DNA from: a virus
Lineage: Duplodnaviria > Caudoviricetes
DNA length: 28,590 nt
IMG/VR virus record: IMGVR_UViG_3300030116_004476
Coordinates: 1-28,590 of that record
Strand: one strand, 5' to 3'
The notes beneath the pieces were generated by a model. The model ran no database searches. It was not told the origin of the DNA and saw only the letters and a list, made by a program, of their open reading frames with translations. Shown in pieces: positions 16,040 to 23,730 of the stretch; position 1 is the first letter of the stretch, and each line of letters begins with the position of its first letter. A program made the position numbers and the translations under genes.

Positions 16040-16287
16040 TGGCAAAGAAAAGACCTGAATGGAAAGATAGCGAATACGCAGATGCTAAAGGTAAGTTTAA
16101 AGAGTTATCATGTGGTGACTTAGCTAGCTGGTTAATTAAGTCTAGAAAAGGAAATAAAAAAGCTATTGTTGGTTCATTAAATCAACAAATAGTTTTTAAT
16201 AGAAAAAAGAATCCTAGTTACGCTAAAAAAATGAAGTGTGCTAGAAATGCAGCTATGAAAAAGTTAGGCAGTGGCAAAGAAAAATAA
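16039..16287 (+). CDS. Basic mini-protein, 82 aa
   Basis: ORF track. Confidence 0.75.
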   Translation: MAKKRPEWKDSEYADAKGKFKELSCGDLASWLIKSRKGNKKAIVGSLNQQIVFNRKKNPSYAKKMKCARNAAMKKLGSGKEK

Positions 16288-16567
16288 AGACCCAAAAGAA
16301 GGCACTGGTAAAAAACCTAAAGGTTCTGGTAGAAGATTATATACAGATGAAAATCCAAAAGATACTGTAGGTATTAAATTTGCTACGCCAGCTGACGCTA
16401 GAGCTACTTGTAGTAAAGTTAAAAAAGTAAATAAACCTTTTGCTAGAAAAATACAGATATTAACTGTAATGGAACAAAGATCTAGGTTTGGTGGTAAACC
16501 AGAACAAGCTAGAATAGCTAAACGATGTAAAGCATCTATAAGAAGATTATATGGTAAGAAAGATTAA
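16271..16567 (+). CDS. Basic mini-protein (LYTDENPKDTVGIKFAT motif), 98 aa
   Basis: ORF track; GTG start. Confidence 0.75.
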   Translation: MAKKNKDPKEGTGKKPKGSGRRLYTDENPKDTVGIKFATPADARATCSKVKKVNKPFARKIQILTVMEQRSRFGGKPEQARIAKRCKASIRRLYGKKD

Positions 16568-16820
16568 AGGTGGTGGCACCAAGAAAGTTTGTCTACCCGC
16601 ATCAAAGGTAAGGTCAATGAGTAAGGAAGAAAGAGACGCTGTAGTCAGAGCTAAACAAGATGCTGGATCTAAAGGTAAATATAAAAGAAAACGTAGTAGT
16701 TTTGTTAAAGGCGCTCGTAAAAAAGGTGCTACACTTAGAGACTGGTTTGAAAAAGAAAACTGGATTAATGTTGCTACAGGTGAACCTTGTGGAGCTTCAT
16801 CTAAAAAGAAAAAGAAATGA
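16551..16820 (+). CDS. Basic mini-protein (CLP...; LRDWFEKENWINV..G.PCG motifs), 89 aa
   Basis: ORF track. Confidence 0.75.
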   Translation: MVRKIKGGGTKKVCLPASKVRSMSKEERDAVVRAKQDAGSKGKYKRKRSSFVKGARKKGATLRDWFEKENWINVATGEPCGASSKKKKK

Positions 16821-17101
16821 TAGATAAAAAGAAGTTAAAGTGTAATAAGCCTAAAAGAACACCTAATCACAAGACTAAATCACATATAGTTAAAGCTTGC
16901 GAAAACGGTAAAGAGAAGATTATTAGATTTGGCCAACAAGGCAAAAAAGTTAATTCATTGTCCGGTACAGCTGGTAAACCTAAAAAAGGTGAGTCTGAAC
17001 GCATGAAAGCTAAGAGAAGAAGTTTCAAAGCAAGACACGCGAAAAACATAGCTAAAGGTAAAATGTCAGCTGCGTATTGGGCAGATAAAGTTAAATGGTA
17101 A
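16817..17101 (+). CDS. Basic mini-protein (IRFGQQG...RRSFKARH...SAAYWA motif), 94 aa
   Basis: ORF track. Confidence 0.75.
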   Translation: MIDKKKLKCNKPKRTPNHKTKSHIVKACENGKEKIIRFGQQGKKVNSLSGTAGKPKKGESERMKAKRRSFKARHAKNIAKGKMSAAYWADKVKW

Positions 17102-17268
17102 TGAAAGATAAAGGACTTGGCGATACAATAGAAAGATTTACAACAGCTACAGGTATTAAGCGTTTAGCTGATATGATACCTGGAGGTTGTGGTTGTGACG
17201 ATAGGAAAGATTGGTTTAATAAAAACTTTCCTTACAATACTAAAAATAATAGAGTAAAATACGATTAA
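17101..17268 (+). CDS. Small protein, 55 aa (MKDKGLGDTIERFTTATGIK...GCGCDDRK...FPY)
   Basis: Hand-translated; TAATG coupling at both ends; CGC motif. Confidence 0.75.
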   Translation: MKDKGLGDTIERFTTATGIKRLADMIPGGCGCDDRKDWFNKNFPYNTKNNRVKYD

Positions 17269-17630
17269 TGGCTTTTAAAATGAGACCGCCATATGCGGTA
17301 GATAATACACCAGTATATCACAAAGATGAACCGCCTAACGTTATGGGTAGGGCTCATAAAAATGGAGCTATAACAATAGATACAAGTGTTGAAGTTGGAA
17401 GTAAAGAATATGATAAAGTAAAAAAACACGAGCAGATACACGTTGATCAATTTGAAGAATTTGAAAAAACTAATGGTAAACGAGGTTTAAATTATACCGC
17501 AGATACCGTTACTTGGAACGGGGAAGTTTACCCTAGAAAAAATGGAAAAATAAAATACAATGGAAAATGGATGATTGAAGGTCACCCAGATTTTCCTTGG
17601 GAACAAGAAGCATATAATAACGAAAAATAA
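17268..17630 (+). CDS. Putative zinc metallopeptidase (HExxH), 120 aa
   Basis: HEQIH motif plus downstream PWEQEAY (third-ligand E candidate). Confidence 0.65.
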   Translation: MAFKMRPPYAVDNTPVYHKDEPPNVMGRAHKNGAITIDTSVEVGSKEYDKVKKHEQIHVDQFEEFEKTNGKRGLNYTADTVTWNGEVYPRKNGKIKYNGKWMIEGHPDFPWEQEAYNNEK

Positions 17631-17635
17631 AAATC

Positions 17636-18580
17636 ATGCCTGGTAAAGCAATAACATACAAGAAAGCAGAAAAAGCTATGGAGACTGTAGCTGCTTATAT
17701 GAAGCAAGGTTCGATGGCCGATATGAAAACTATGGCTAAATCTACCTATGCTGAAGCGAAAAAGAAAAATCCTAACTTAGATAAATTAATAGAAAAAAGA
17801 AAAGGTTTAGACAAAGGAACACCTGAATATAATGCTGTGCAAAACAAAATAAACAAAGCATATGGTAAAGGTCCTCAAAGAGATGAGAGTATACCTAGAA
17901 TGGAGTCTAAAAAAGCAGTTACTGATGTAAAAGAAGTAAAAGCTGCTGCTCCTAAACCTAAGTCTGCTATGAGTAAAGCTGAAGACGCTATTAAAGCTGG
18001 AGATGCTAAAGGAGCTAAGAAAGCTATTAAAGAGTCTGACATGAAAGGCAAAGTTAAAAGAAAAGTTAAAAGAGTAGCTGCTCAAGAAGCTAGAAAAACT
18101 AAAAGAGCTGCAAAGAAAAACGAAAGAGTAGATAAAAAGATTGAAAAGTTAGAAGCTAAAAAATCTCCAATGGCTCGTTATGATGATGGCGGATCACCAG
18201 CTGCTTATTTTAAACAAAAAATTAAATATAATAACTCTGCTAAAGGTATTGCTATTAGAGTTGCTGCTGATGAAAAAGATAAAAAACATGCAAGTGCTAA
18301 AGGTAAAAAAGCTTTAGATCACGATATTAGCTCTATGATTAGCCACGCTAAACGTTATGATGGCGGTATGGCTAAGCGTTATGATGGTGGTATGGCTAAG
18401 CGTTATGATAGCATGGCTAAGATGGATCATGGTGGTATGGCAAAGAGATATGACAGTATGGCTAAAATGAAGACAAATCAGTCAGGTGGCGGATATGCAG
18501 CAAAAAATATGGCTGCACCAGGTAAGCAACTTAAAAAATTAGGAAGTATCTTATCTAAGCATTTTAAAAGTAATAGATAA
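17636..18580 (+). CDS. K/A/M-rich low-complexity protein with tandem AKRYDGGM repeats, 314 aa
   Basis: ORF track; histone-H1-like composition; repeats near the C-terminus. Confidence 0.75.
   Translation: MPGKAITYKKAEKAMETVAAYMKQGSMADMKTMAKSTYAEAKKKNPNLDKLIEKRKGLDKGTPEYNAVQNKINKAYGKGPQRDESIPRMESKKAVTDVKEVKAAAPKPKSAMSKAEDAIKAGDAKGAKKAIKESDMKGKVKRKVKRVAAQEARKTKRAAKKNERVDKKIEKLEAKKSPMARYDDGGSPAAYFKQKIKYNNSAKGIAIRVAADEKDKKHASAKGKKALDHDISSMISHAKRYDGGMAKRYDGGMAKRYDSMAKMDHGGMAKRYDSMAKMKTNQSGGGYAAKNMAAPGKQLKKLGSILSKHFKSNR
18347..18469 (+). repeat. In-frame tandem repeat, five 21-24 nt units
   Basis: gctaaacgttatgatggcggtatg / gctaagcgttatgatggtggtatg / gctaagcgttatgatagcatg / gctaagatggatcatggtggtatg / gcaaagagatatgacagtatg / gctaaaatg. 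Confidence 0.9.
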
Positions 18581-18585
18581 TTATT

Positions 18586-19365
18586 ATGGCTTTTAAATTA
18601 AAATTCCAAGGAAAATCAAAAGAACTTTACGGATCAGACAACACTATGGTCCGTAAAGGTCTTGTTACTCCAGCTTATTTAATGGAAGGCCCAGGCGATG
18701 AAGTAAAAGTAAGTTCAAGTTCAGGAAGCTCTAAATCAGGTCGTAAATTAACTGACGCAGAATTAGCAGCAAAGCAAAGAGAATTACAGAAATTAGCAAA
18801 TGAAACTGGTAAATCTCAATCTTTTGAAAACAAATACGGTCAAGGCGGACAAGCTGAAGAAGTGTGGAAAACTTTATCTGATGAGCAAAAAGCTAGATTT
18901 GGAACTGTTGAAAATTTTAGAAAAGAAACTGACGCATATAACAAAATGATGAGTCAAAGACTTTCTGCGGATCCAGAACCTAAAGAGAATAAACCAAAGC
19001 CAAAACCTCAACAAGACGCTAAACCTTCAGCAGATCAAATAGGAACTGAATTGTACAATAGGATATATTCTCAAGTTAGAGACAAAAGAGTTTATGACCC
19101 AGAGTTAGGTTATAAAAGACCTAAGACAAAGGAAGAAATATTAAGAGAAGGGCCTGCTGAATTAGTTGCGCAATATAGAAACGCTACTAAAGCTAAAACA
19201 GATGACACTGTTGTAATAGGTAGCACAGGAGACGCTGATAGAATTAAAAATGTAGTAACAGATCAATTAGAACAAAAGACTATGTCTAACGCGTTAGATC
19301 CTGCTACTATTATTAAAGGAGCTATGATGGTTAAAAACTTAATAGGTAAAAAGAAAGAAAAGTAA
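18586..19365 (+). CDS. Hypothetical protein, 259 aa (MAFKL N-terminus)
   Basis: ORF track. Confidence 0.75.
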   Translation: MAFKLKFQGKSKELYGSDNTMVRKGLVTPAYLMEGPGDEVKVSSSSGSSKSGRKLTDAELAAKQRELQKLANETGKSQSFENKYGQGGQAEEVWKTLSDEQKARFGTVENFRKETDAYNKMMSQRLSADPEPKENKPKPKPQQDAKPSADQIGTELYNRIYSQVRDKRVYDPELGYKRPKTKEEILREGPAELVAQYRNATKAKTDDTVVIGSTGDADRIKNVVTDQLEQKTMSNALDPATIIKGAMMVKNLIGKKKEK

Positions 19366-19814
19366 TGGAAAGCAAGAAAACGTTTAAAGAAACTAAAATT
19401 GGAGCCTTTTTAGCTACTAAAGCACCTAAGGTATTAGCAGCTATAGGAGATGTATTACCTGATCAAGGTGGATTAGGAGTTGTAAAAAATCTTATAACAA
19501 GTGATACTAAGATTAAGGCCGCTGATAAAGAGATGGCTATGCAGCTTATAGAGCAAGATTTACAAGAGCTAAAAGAAGTGTCAAACAGATGGAGAGCTGA
19601 TATGAAATCAGATTCTTGGTTAAGCAAAAACACTAGACCTTTAGCTTTAATATTCTTAACTGTCTCTTCTGTGTTTATGATGGCTATAGACTTTTTTCAT
19701 TTTCATGAAATAGATGAAGCTTGGATAAGTTTATTAAAGACATTACTAGTAACAGTATATGTAGCGTATTTTGGTTCAAGAGGCGCTGAAAAAATAACAA
19801 ATATAAATAAATAA
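19365..19814 (+). CDS. Holin-like protein (GTA 3TM holin type), 149 aa
   Basis: RWRADMKSDSWLSKNTRPL followed by two TM helices and AYFGSRG. Confidence 0.65.
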   Translation: MESKKTFKETKIGAFLATKAPKVLAAIGDVLPDQGGLGVVKNLITSDTKIKAADKEMAMQLIEQDLQELKEVSNRWRADMKSDSWLSKNTRPLALIFLTVSSVFMMAIDFFHFHEIDEAWISLLKTLLVTVYVAYFGSRGAEKITNINK

Positions 19815-19817
19815 AAA

Positions 19818-20174
19818 ATGGCTGGATCAATAGAAATAGATATTGCTGGAGTAGAAGGTAACATGGCTGCTGAGCCCAGAAGATTTGCTCATTCTGCTAA
19901 TGCTATAACAATAGCTAGTGGGAATGGTAAAGATGATGAAGCTCAAGATGTATTACCAACGCCAGTGGCTGATGAAGTTGCTGTATTGAAAAGAGGAGCT
20001 TGTTTATATATAGGAGGAACTGGTAATGTAAAAGTATTGCTAGAAGGCGATAGCTCTCCTGTAGAATTTAAAGCTGTACCTGCTGGAACATTTATGCCTA
20101 TACTTGTTAAAAAGATATATGGCAAAGATGGAACTGCTGGTACTACCGCTACAGATATATTAGCATATTACTAA
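19818..20174 (+). CDS. Head spike base / decoration-like protein (RcGTA Rcc01079-like), 118 aa
   Basis: LYIGGTGNVKV.....V.F..VPAGTF.PI.VKKI...GTTATDI pattern. Confidence 0.55.
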   Translation: MAGSIEIDIAGVEGNMAAEPRRFAHSANAITIASGNGKDDEAQDVLPTPVADEVAVLKRGACLYIGGTGNVKVLLEGDSSPVEFKAVPAGTFMPILVKKIYGKDGTAGTTATDILAYY

Positions 20175-20209
20175 AAAATAAAAACAATAATTAAATTAAA
20201 TTAAATAAA

Positions 20210-20467
20210 ATGGCAAAAGTAGCAAGTAATAAAGTAAGTAAAACTGAGTTAAAAAACATTAAAGAAGCTCAAGAGGCACTTGACAGTGCAATTAGAAGTG
20301 TAGGTGCATTAGAATATAAAAAATCTGTAATAATGAAATCTATGCACGAAGCAGCAGATAAAGTTGAAAACTTAAAAAATAAGTTAGAGAAAAAATATGG
20401 TTCTGTTAATATTAATTTAGAAACAGGAGACATGACTAAAATAGAACAACCTGTAGCTGCATCATAA
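20210..20467 (+). CDS. Coiled-coil hypothetical protein, 85 aa
   Basis: ORF track; strong TTAAA leader. Confidence 0.8.
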   Translation: MAKVASNKVSKTELKNIKEAQEALDSAIRSVGALEYKKSVIMKSMHEAADKVENLKNKLEKKYGSVNINLETGDMTKIEQPVAAS

Positions 20468-20694
20468 TGACTAAAATAATCAGAAAAATAAGTATTGGTT
20501 CTGATTACAAGAATGATGCAATGCATTATTCAACTGGTCAAGAAGTCTATGGTGGACATACTATTAGCGATATTCTTTTTGAAGACAAGGATCAGTCATA
20601 TAATATTTATATAACTAAAAACAATGAAGTTTTACCTTGGAAAAAGTTTAATGCTAATATGTCTATATCAGTAGAATATGATTTAAAATATTAG
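20467..20694 (+). CDS. Hypothetical protein, 75 aa
   Basis: ORF track; coupled. Confidence 0.8.
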   Translation: MTKIIRKISIGSDYKNDAMHYSTGQEVYGGHTISDILFEDKDQSYNIYITKNNEVLPWKKFNANMSISVEYDLKY

Positions 20695-21287
20695 TGAAAA
20701 GTTTATATCAGTTTATAATAAAGCCTTTTAATGAGCGTTATGATAATATAAAAAAAATAGACGACAAAGAGCTTATTATAAATACTAGTATAGAACAACA
20801 CTTATTTGTTAGTAAAAAAGCTGTAGTTGTTTCTACACCTGCAGCTTTTAAAACTAAAATAAACATAGGAGATATAGTATATGTACATCACAATATCTTT
20901 AGAAGATATTATGATATAAAAGGTAATGAAAGAAATAGCGGAACATATTTTAAAGATGACTTATATTTTTGTTCACCTTTCCAAATATATATGTATAATG
21001 GTAAAAGCAATTTAAATTATTGTTTTGTCAAGCCAATTTTAAATAAAGACAAATTTAGCATTAATAAAGAACAACCTAATGTTGGTATAGTTAAATATGC
21101 TAATAATGCCTTAGAAGCTGTAGGAATAACACCTGGGACGCTTGTAACGTTTACGCCTAACTCTGAGTTTGAGTTTATAATAGAAGGCGAACGACTTTAT
21201 TGTATGAAATCAAATGATATAGCTTTAACTCATGAATACGAAGGAAACGAAAAAGAAAATAATCCAAGCTGGGCAAAAAGCAGTTGA
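20694..21287 (+). CDS. GroES-like protein with two tandem Cpn10-like domains, 197 aa
   Basis: FIIKP...AVVVSTP..INIGDIVYV and CFVKP...GIVKY...ITPGTLVTF...EFIIEGERLYCMKSNDIAL mirror the GroES strand order twice. Confidence 0.5.
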   Translation: MKSLYQFIIKPFNERYDNIKKIDDKELIINTSIEQHLFVSKKAVVVSTPAAFKTKINIGDIVYVHHNIFRRYYDIKGNERNSGTYFKDDLYFCSPFQIYMYNGKSNLNYCFVKPILNKDKFSINKEQPNVGIVKYANNALEAVGITPGTLVTFTPNSEFEFIIEGERLYCMKSNDIALTHEYEGNEKENNPSWAKSS

Positions 21288-21504
21288 AGAGCTTATTAAG
21301 GTGGCAAAAGAAAAGATCGTAGACTCAGACGACGATGTTAGCGCTGACAGACTTAAAAATGCCGCCGCCACTAAAAAGCTAGCTATTATGGATGCCTTTG
21401 AAATATTACAACGCATTGAAGAAGAAGAAAACATTTTAAAAGGTTTAGAAAATAAAAAAGAAGCTAAAGTATTTAAAGGTTTTGCAGAAGGGAGAAGTAG
21501 ATGA
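21232..21504 (+). CDS. Terminase small subunit candidate, 90 aa
   Basis: Helical small protein ATGA-coupled to terL; positional inference only. Confidence 0.45.
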   Translation: MNTKETKKKIIQAGQKAVEELIKVAKEKIVDSDDDVSADRLKNAAATKKLAIMDAFEILQRIEEEENILKGLENKKEAKVFKGFAEGRSR

Positions 21505-23726
21505 TTTACGAACAAACTTTATGGAAAGAAATTAAAGACGTTGTAAATCCTAAAATACTAGCCAAAAACAATAGATTTAAAAAATGGGAGTATGGATATA
21601 ACTCTGATTATGATTTTGTAGTAATAAGTAAAACAGGACAAATTGGAAGAATCATTGAAATACAAAATCTCAAAATTGCTTTACCAGCAATCAATAAACC
21701 GTATAAACGAAGCGAAAATAAAGCGGAACAATACTGGGAAAGATTTGAATATCCAAAAGAATTACAAAGAATAAAAACTAGATTTGACTGGGAAGAACAC
21801 TCAGTAGAATTTAAAGAAAAATGGTACGATTATATAGATGAAGAATTTAAGCGTAGAGAAGAAGGTTTTAGCTTCTACAATAATGGCAGCCCTGTATATA
21901 TTACTGGTACTCATTACATGTACCTGCAGTGGTCAAAGATTGACGTCGGAGCACCAGACTATAGAGAAGCAAATCAATTATTCTTTATATTCTGGGAAGC
22001 GTGTAAAGCAGATGCAAGATCTTACGGAATGTGCTATCTTAAAAACAGACGGAGTGGATTTAGCTTCATGTCAAGCGCTGAGCTTGTTAATCAAGCAACA
22101 ATATCTTCCGATTCAAGATTCGGTATACTTTCAAAGTCTGGAGCCGACGCCAAAAAGATGTTCACCGATAAGGTTGTTCCAATATCTGTTAACTATCCGT
22201 TTTTCTTCAAGCCAATACAAGATGGTATGGATAGACCCAAAACAGAATTGGCTTATAGAGTGCCAGCCTCAAAACTTACTCGTAGAAAATTAGAAAATAA
22301 CGAGCAGCTTACAGAACTAGAAGGTCTTGATACAACTATTGACTGGAAAAACACAGGTGATAACTCTTACGATGGTGAAAAGCTAAAGCTATTAGCTCAT
22401 GATGAAAGTGGTAAATGGGAGCGTCCTGATAATATATTAAACAACTGGAGAGTTACAAAAACTACGTTAAGACTAGGATCTAGGATTGTAGGTAAATGTA
22501 TGATGGGCTCAACATCAAACGCGTTAGATAAAGGTGGAGACAATTTTAAACAACTATACTATAATTCAGACGTTACAAAAAGAAATAAAAACGGACAAAC
22601 AACTTCTGGACTCTATAGCTTGTTCATACCTATGGAGTGGAACTACGAGGGATTCATCGATACTTATGGATCACCTGTCTTTGTTACTAGCGAAGATAGA
22701 GTCAAAGGAGCAGACGGTTATGAAATTACAACAGGAGTTATCGAGCATTGGAAAAATGAAGTAGAAGGATTAAAAAATGACCAAGATAGTTTAAACGAAT
22801 ATTATAGACAATTTCCAAGAAGCGAACAGCATGCCTTTAGAGATGAAAGTAAACAAGCTTTGTTTAATATAACAAAAATATACGAGCAAATAGATTATAA
22901 CGAAGAACTAAACAACATAGCTAATATAACTAAAGGTAATTTTTCTTGGAATAATGGAATAAAAGATACTACAGTTAGTTTTATTCCTAATGACAGTGGT
23001 AGATTTATGATTAGTTGGGTACCTCCAAGTCATTTGCAAAATAAAGTAATAATTAAAAATGGAGTTAAATACCCAGGTAACGAACACATTGGAGCTTTTG
23101 GTTGTGACTCTTACGATATTAGTGGCACTGTTGACGGTCGCGGTAGTAAAGGAGCGTTACATGGATTAACTAAGTTTTCGATAGAAGACGCACCATTTAA
23201 TCAGTTTTTCTTAGAATATATAGCAAGACCACAAACTGCAGAAATATTTTTTGAAGATGTCCTTATGGCTTTAGTTTTTTATGGCATGCCAATACTAGCT
23301 GAAAATAATAAACCAAGATTATTATACTACTTAAAACGTAGGGGCTATAGAGGTTTTAGTATAAACCGTCCTGACAAATTAGCAAACAAGTTGTCTACTA
23401 CAGAAAGAGAAATAGGTGGCATACCAAACTCAAGTGAAGATATTAAGCAAGCGCACGCTGCTGCAATAGAAACTTATATTAATGATAATGTAGGTAGAAC
23501 AAACGAAGGATACGGTTCAATGTATTTTCAGCGAACGCTAGAAGACTGGGCTAAATTTAATATAAATAACAGAACTAAATACGATGCTACTATTAGTTCT
23601 GGTTTAGCTATAATGGCTTGCAATAAAAACAAATATAGACCAGCACCAAAAAATATTATTAAATCTTTTAATTTAGGTTTTAAAAGATATAACAATGATG
23701 GCAATATTTCTAAAATAATAAAATAA
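21501..23726 (+). CDS. terL: Terminase large subunit, 741 aa
   Basis: Walker A-like KNRRSGFS, Walker B LLAHDESGK, coupling motif GSTS, nuclease FGCDSYD and C-terminal YDATISSGLA; upstream of portal. Confidence 0.88.
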   Translation: MIYEQTLWKEIKDVVNPKILAKNNRFKKWEYGYNSDYDFVVISKTGQIGRIIEIQNLKIALPAINKPYKRSENKAEQYWERFEYPKELQRIKTRFDWEEHSVEFKEKWYDYIDEEFKRREEGFSFYNNGSPVYITGTHYMYLQWSKIDVGAPDYREANQLFFIFWEACKADARSYGMCYLKNRRSGFSFMSSAELVNQATISSDSRFGILSKSGADAKKMFTDKVVPISVNYPFFFKPIQDGMDRPKTELAYRVPASKLTRRKLENNEQLTELEGLDTTIDWKNTGDNSYDGEKLKLLAHDESGKWERPDNILNNWRVTKTTLRLGSRIVGKCMMGSTSNALDKGGDNFKQLYYNSDVTKRNKNGQTTSGLYSLFIPMEWNYEGFIDTYGSPVFVTSEDRVKGADGYEITTGVIEHWKNEVEGLKNDQDSLNEYYRQFPRSEQHAFRDESKQALFNITKIYEQIDYNEELNNIANITKGNFSWNNGIKDTTVSFIPNDSGRFMISWVPPSHLQNKVIIKNGVKYPGNEHIGAFGCDSYDISGTVDGRGSKGALHGLTKFSIEDAPFNQFFLEYIARPQTAEIFFEDVLMALVFYGMPILAENNKPRLLYYLKRRGYRGFSINRPDKLANKLSTTEREIGGIPNSSEDIKQAHAAAIETYINDNVGRTNEGYGSMYFQRTLEDWAKFNINNRTKYDATISSGLAIMACNKNKYRPAPKNIIKSFNLGFKRYNNDGNISKIIK

Positions 23727-23730
23727 ATAA

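Noticed and set aside
17256-17265. AAAATACGA partial match to the early motif
   Set aside because: Lacks the ACAAACT start and the N9-GATAATA half.
21838-22764. Two alternative-frame plus-strand ORFs (151 and 76 aa) inside terL
   Set aside because: They overlap the conserved ATPase domain, have no recognisable motifs or leader, and terL is uninterrupted, so no frameshift or intron is needed.
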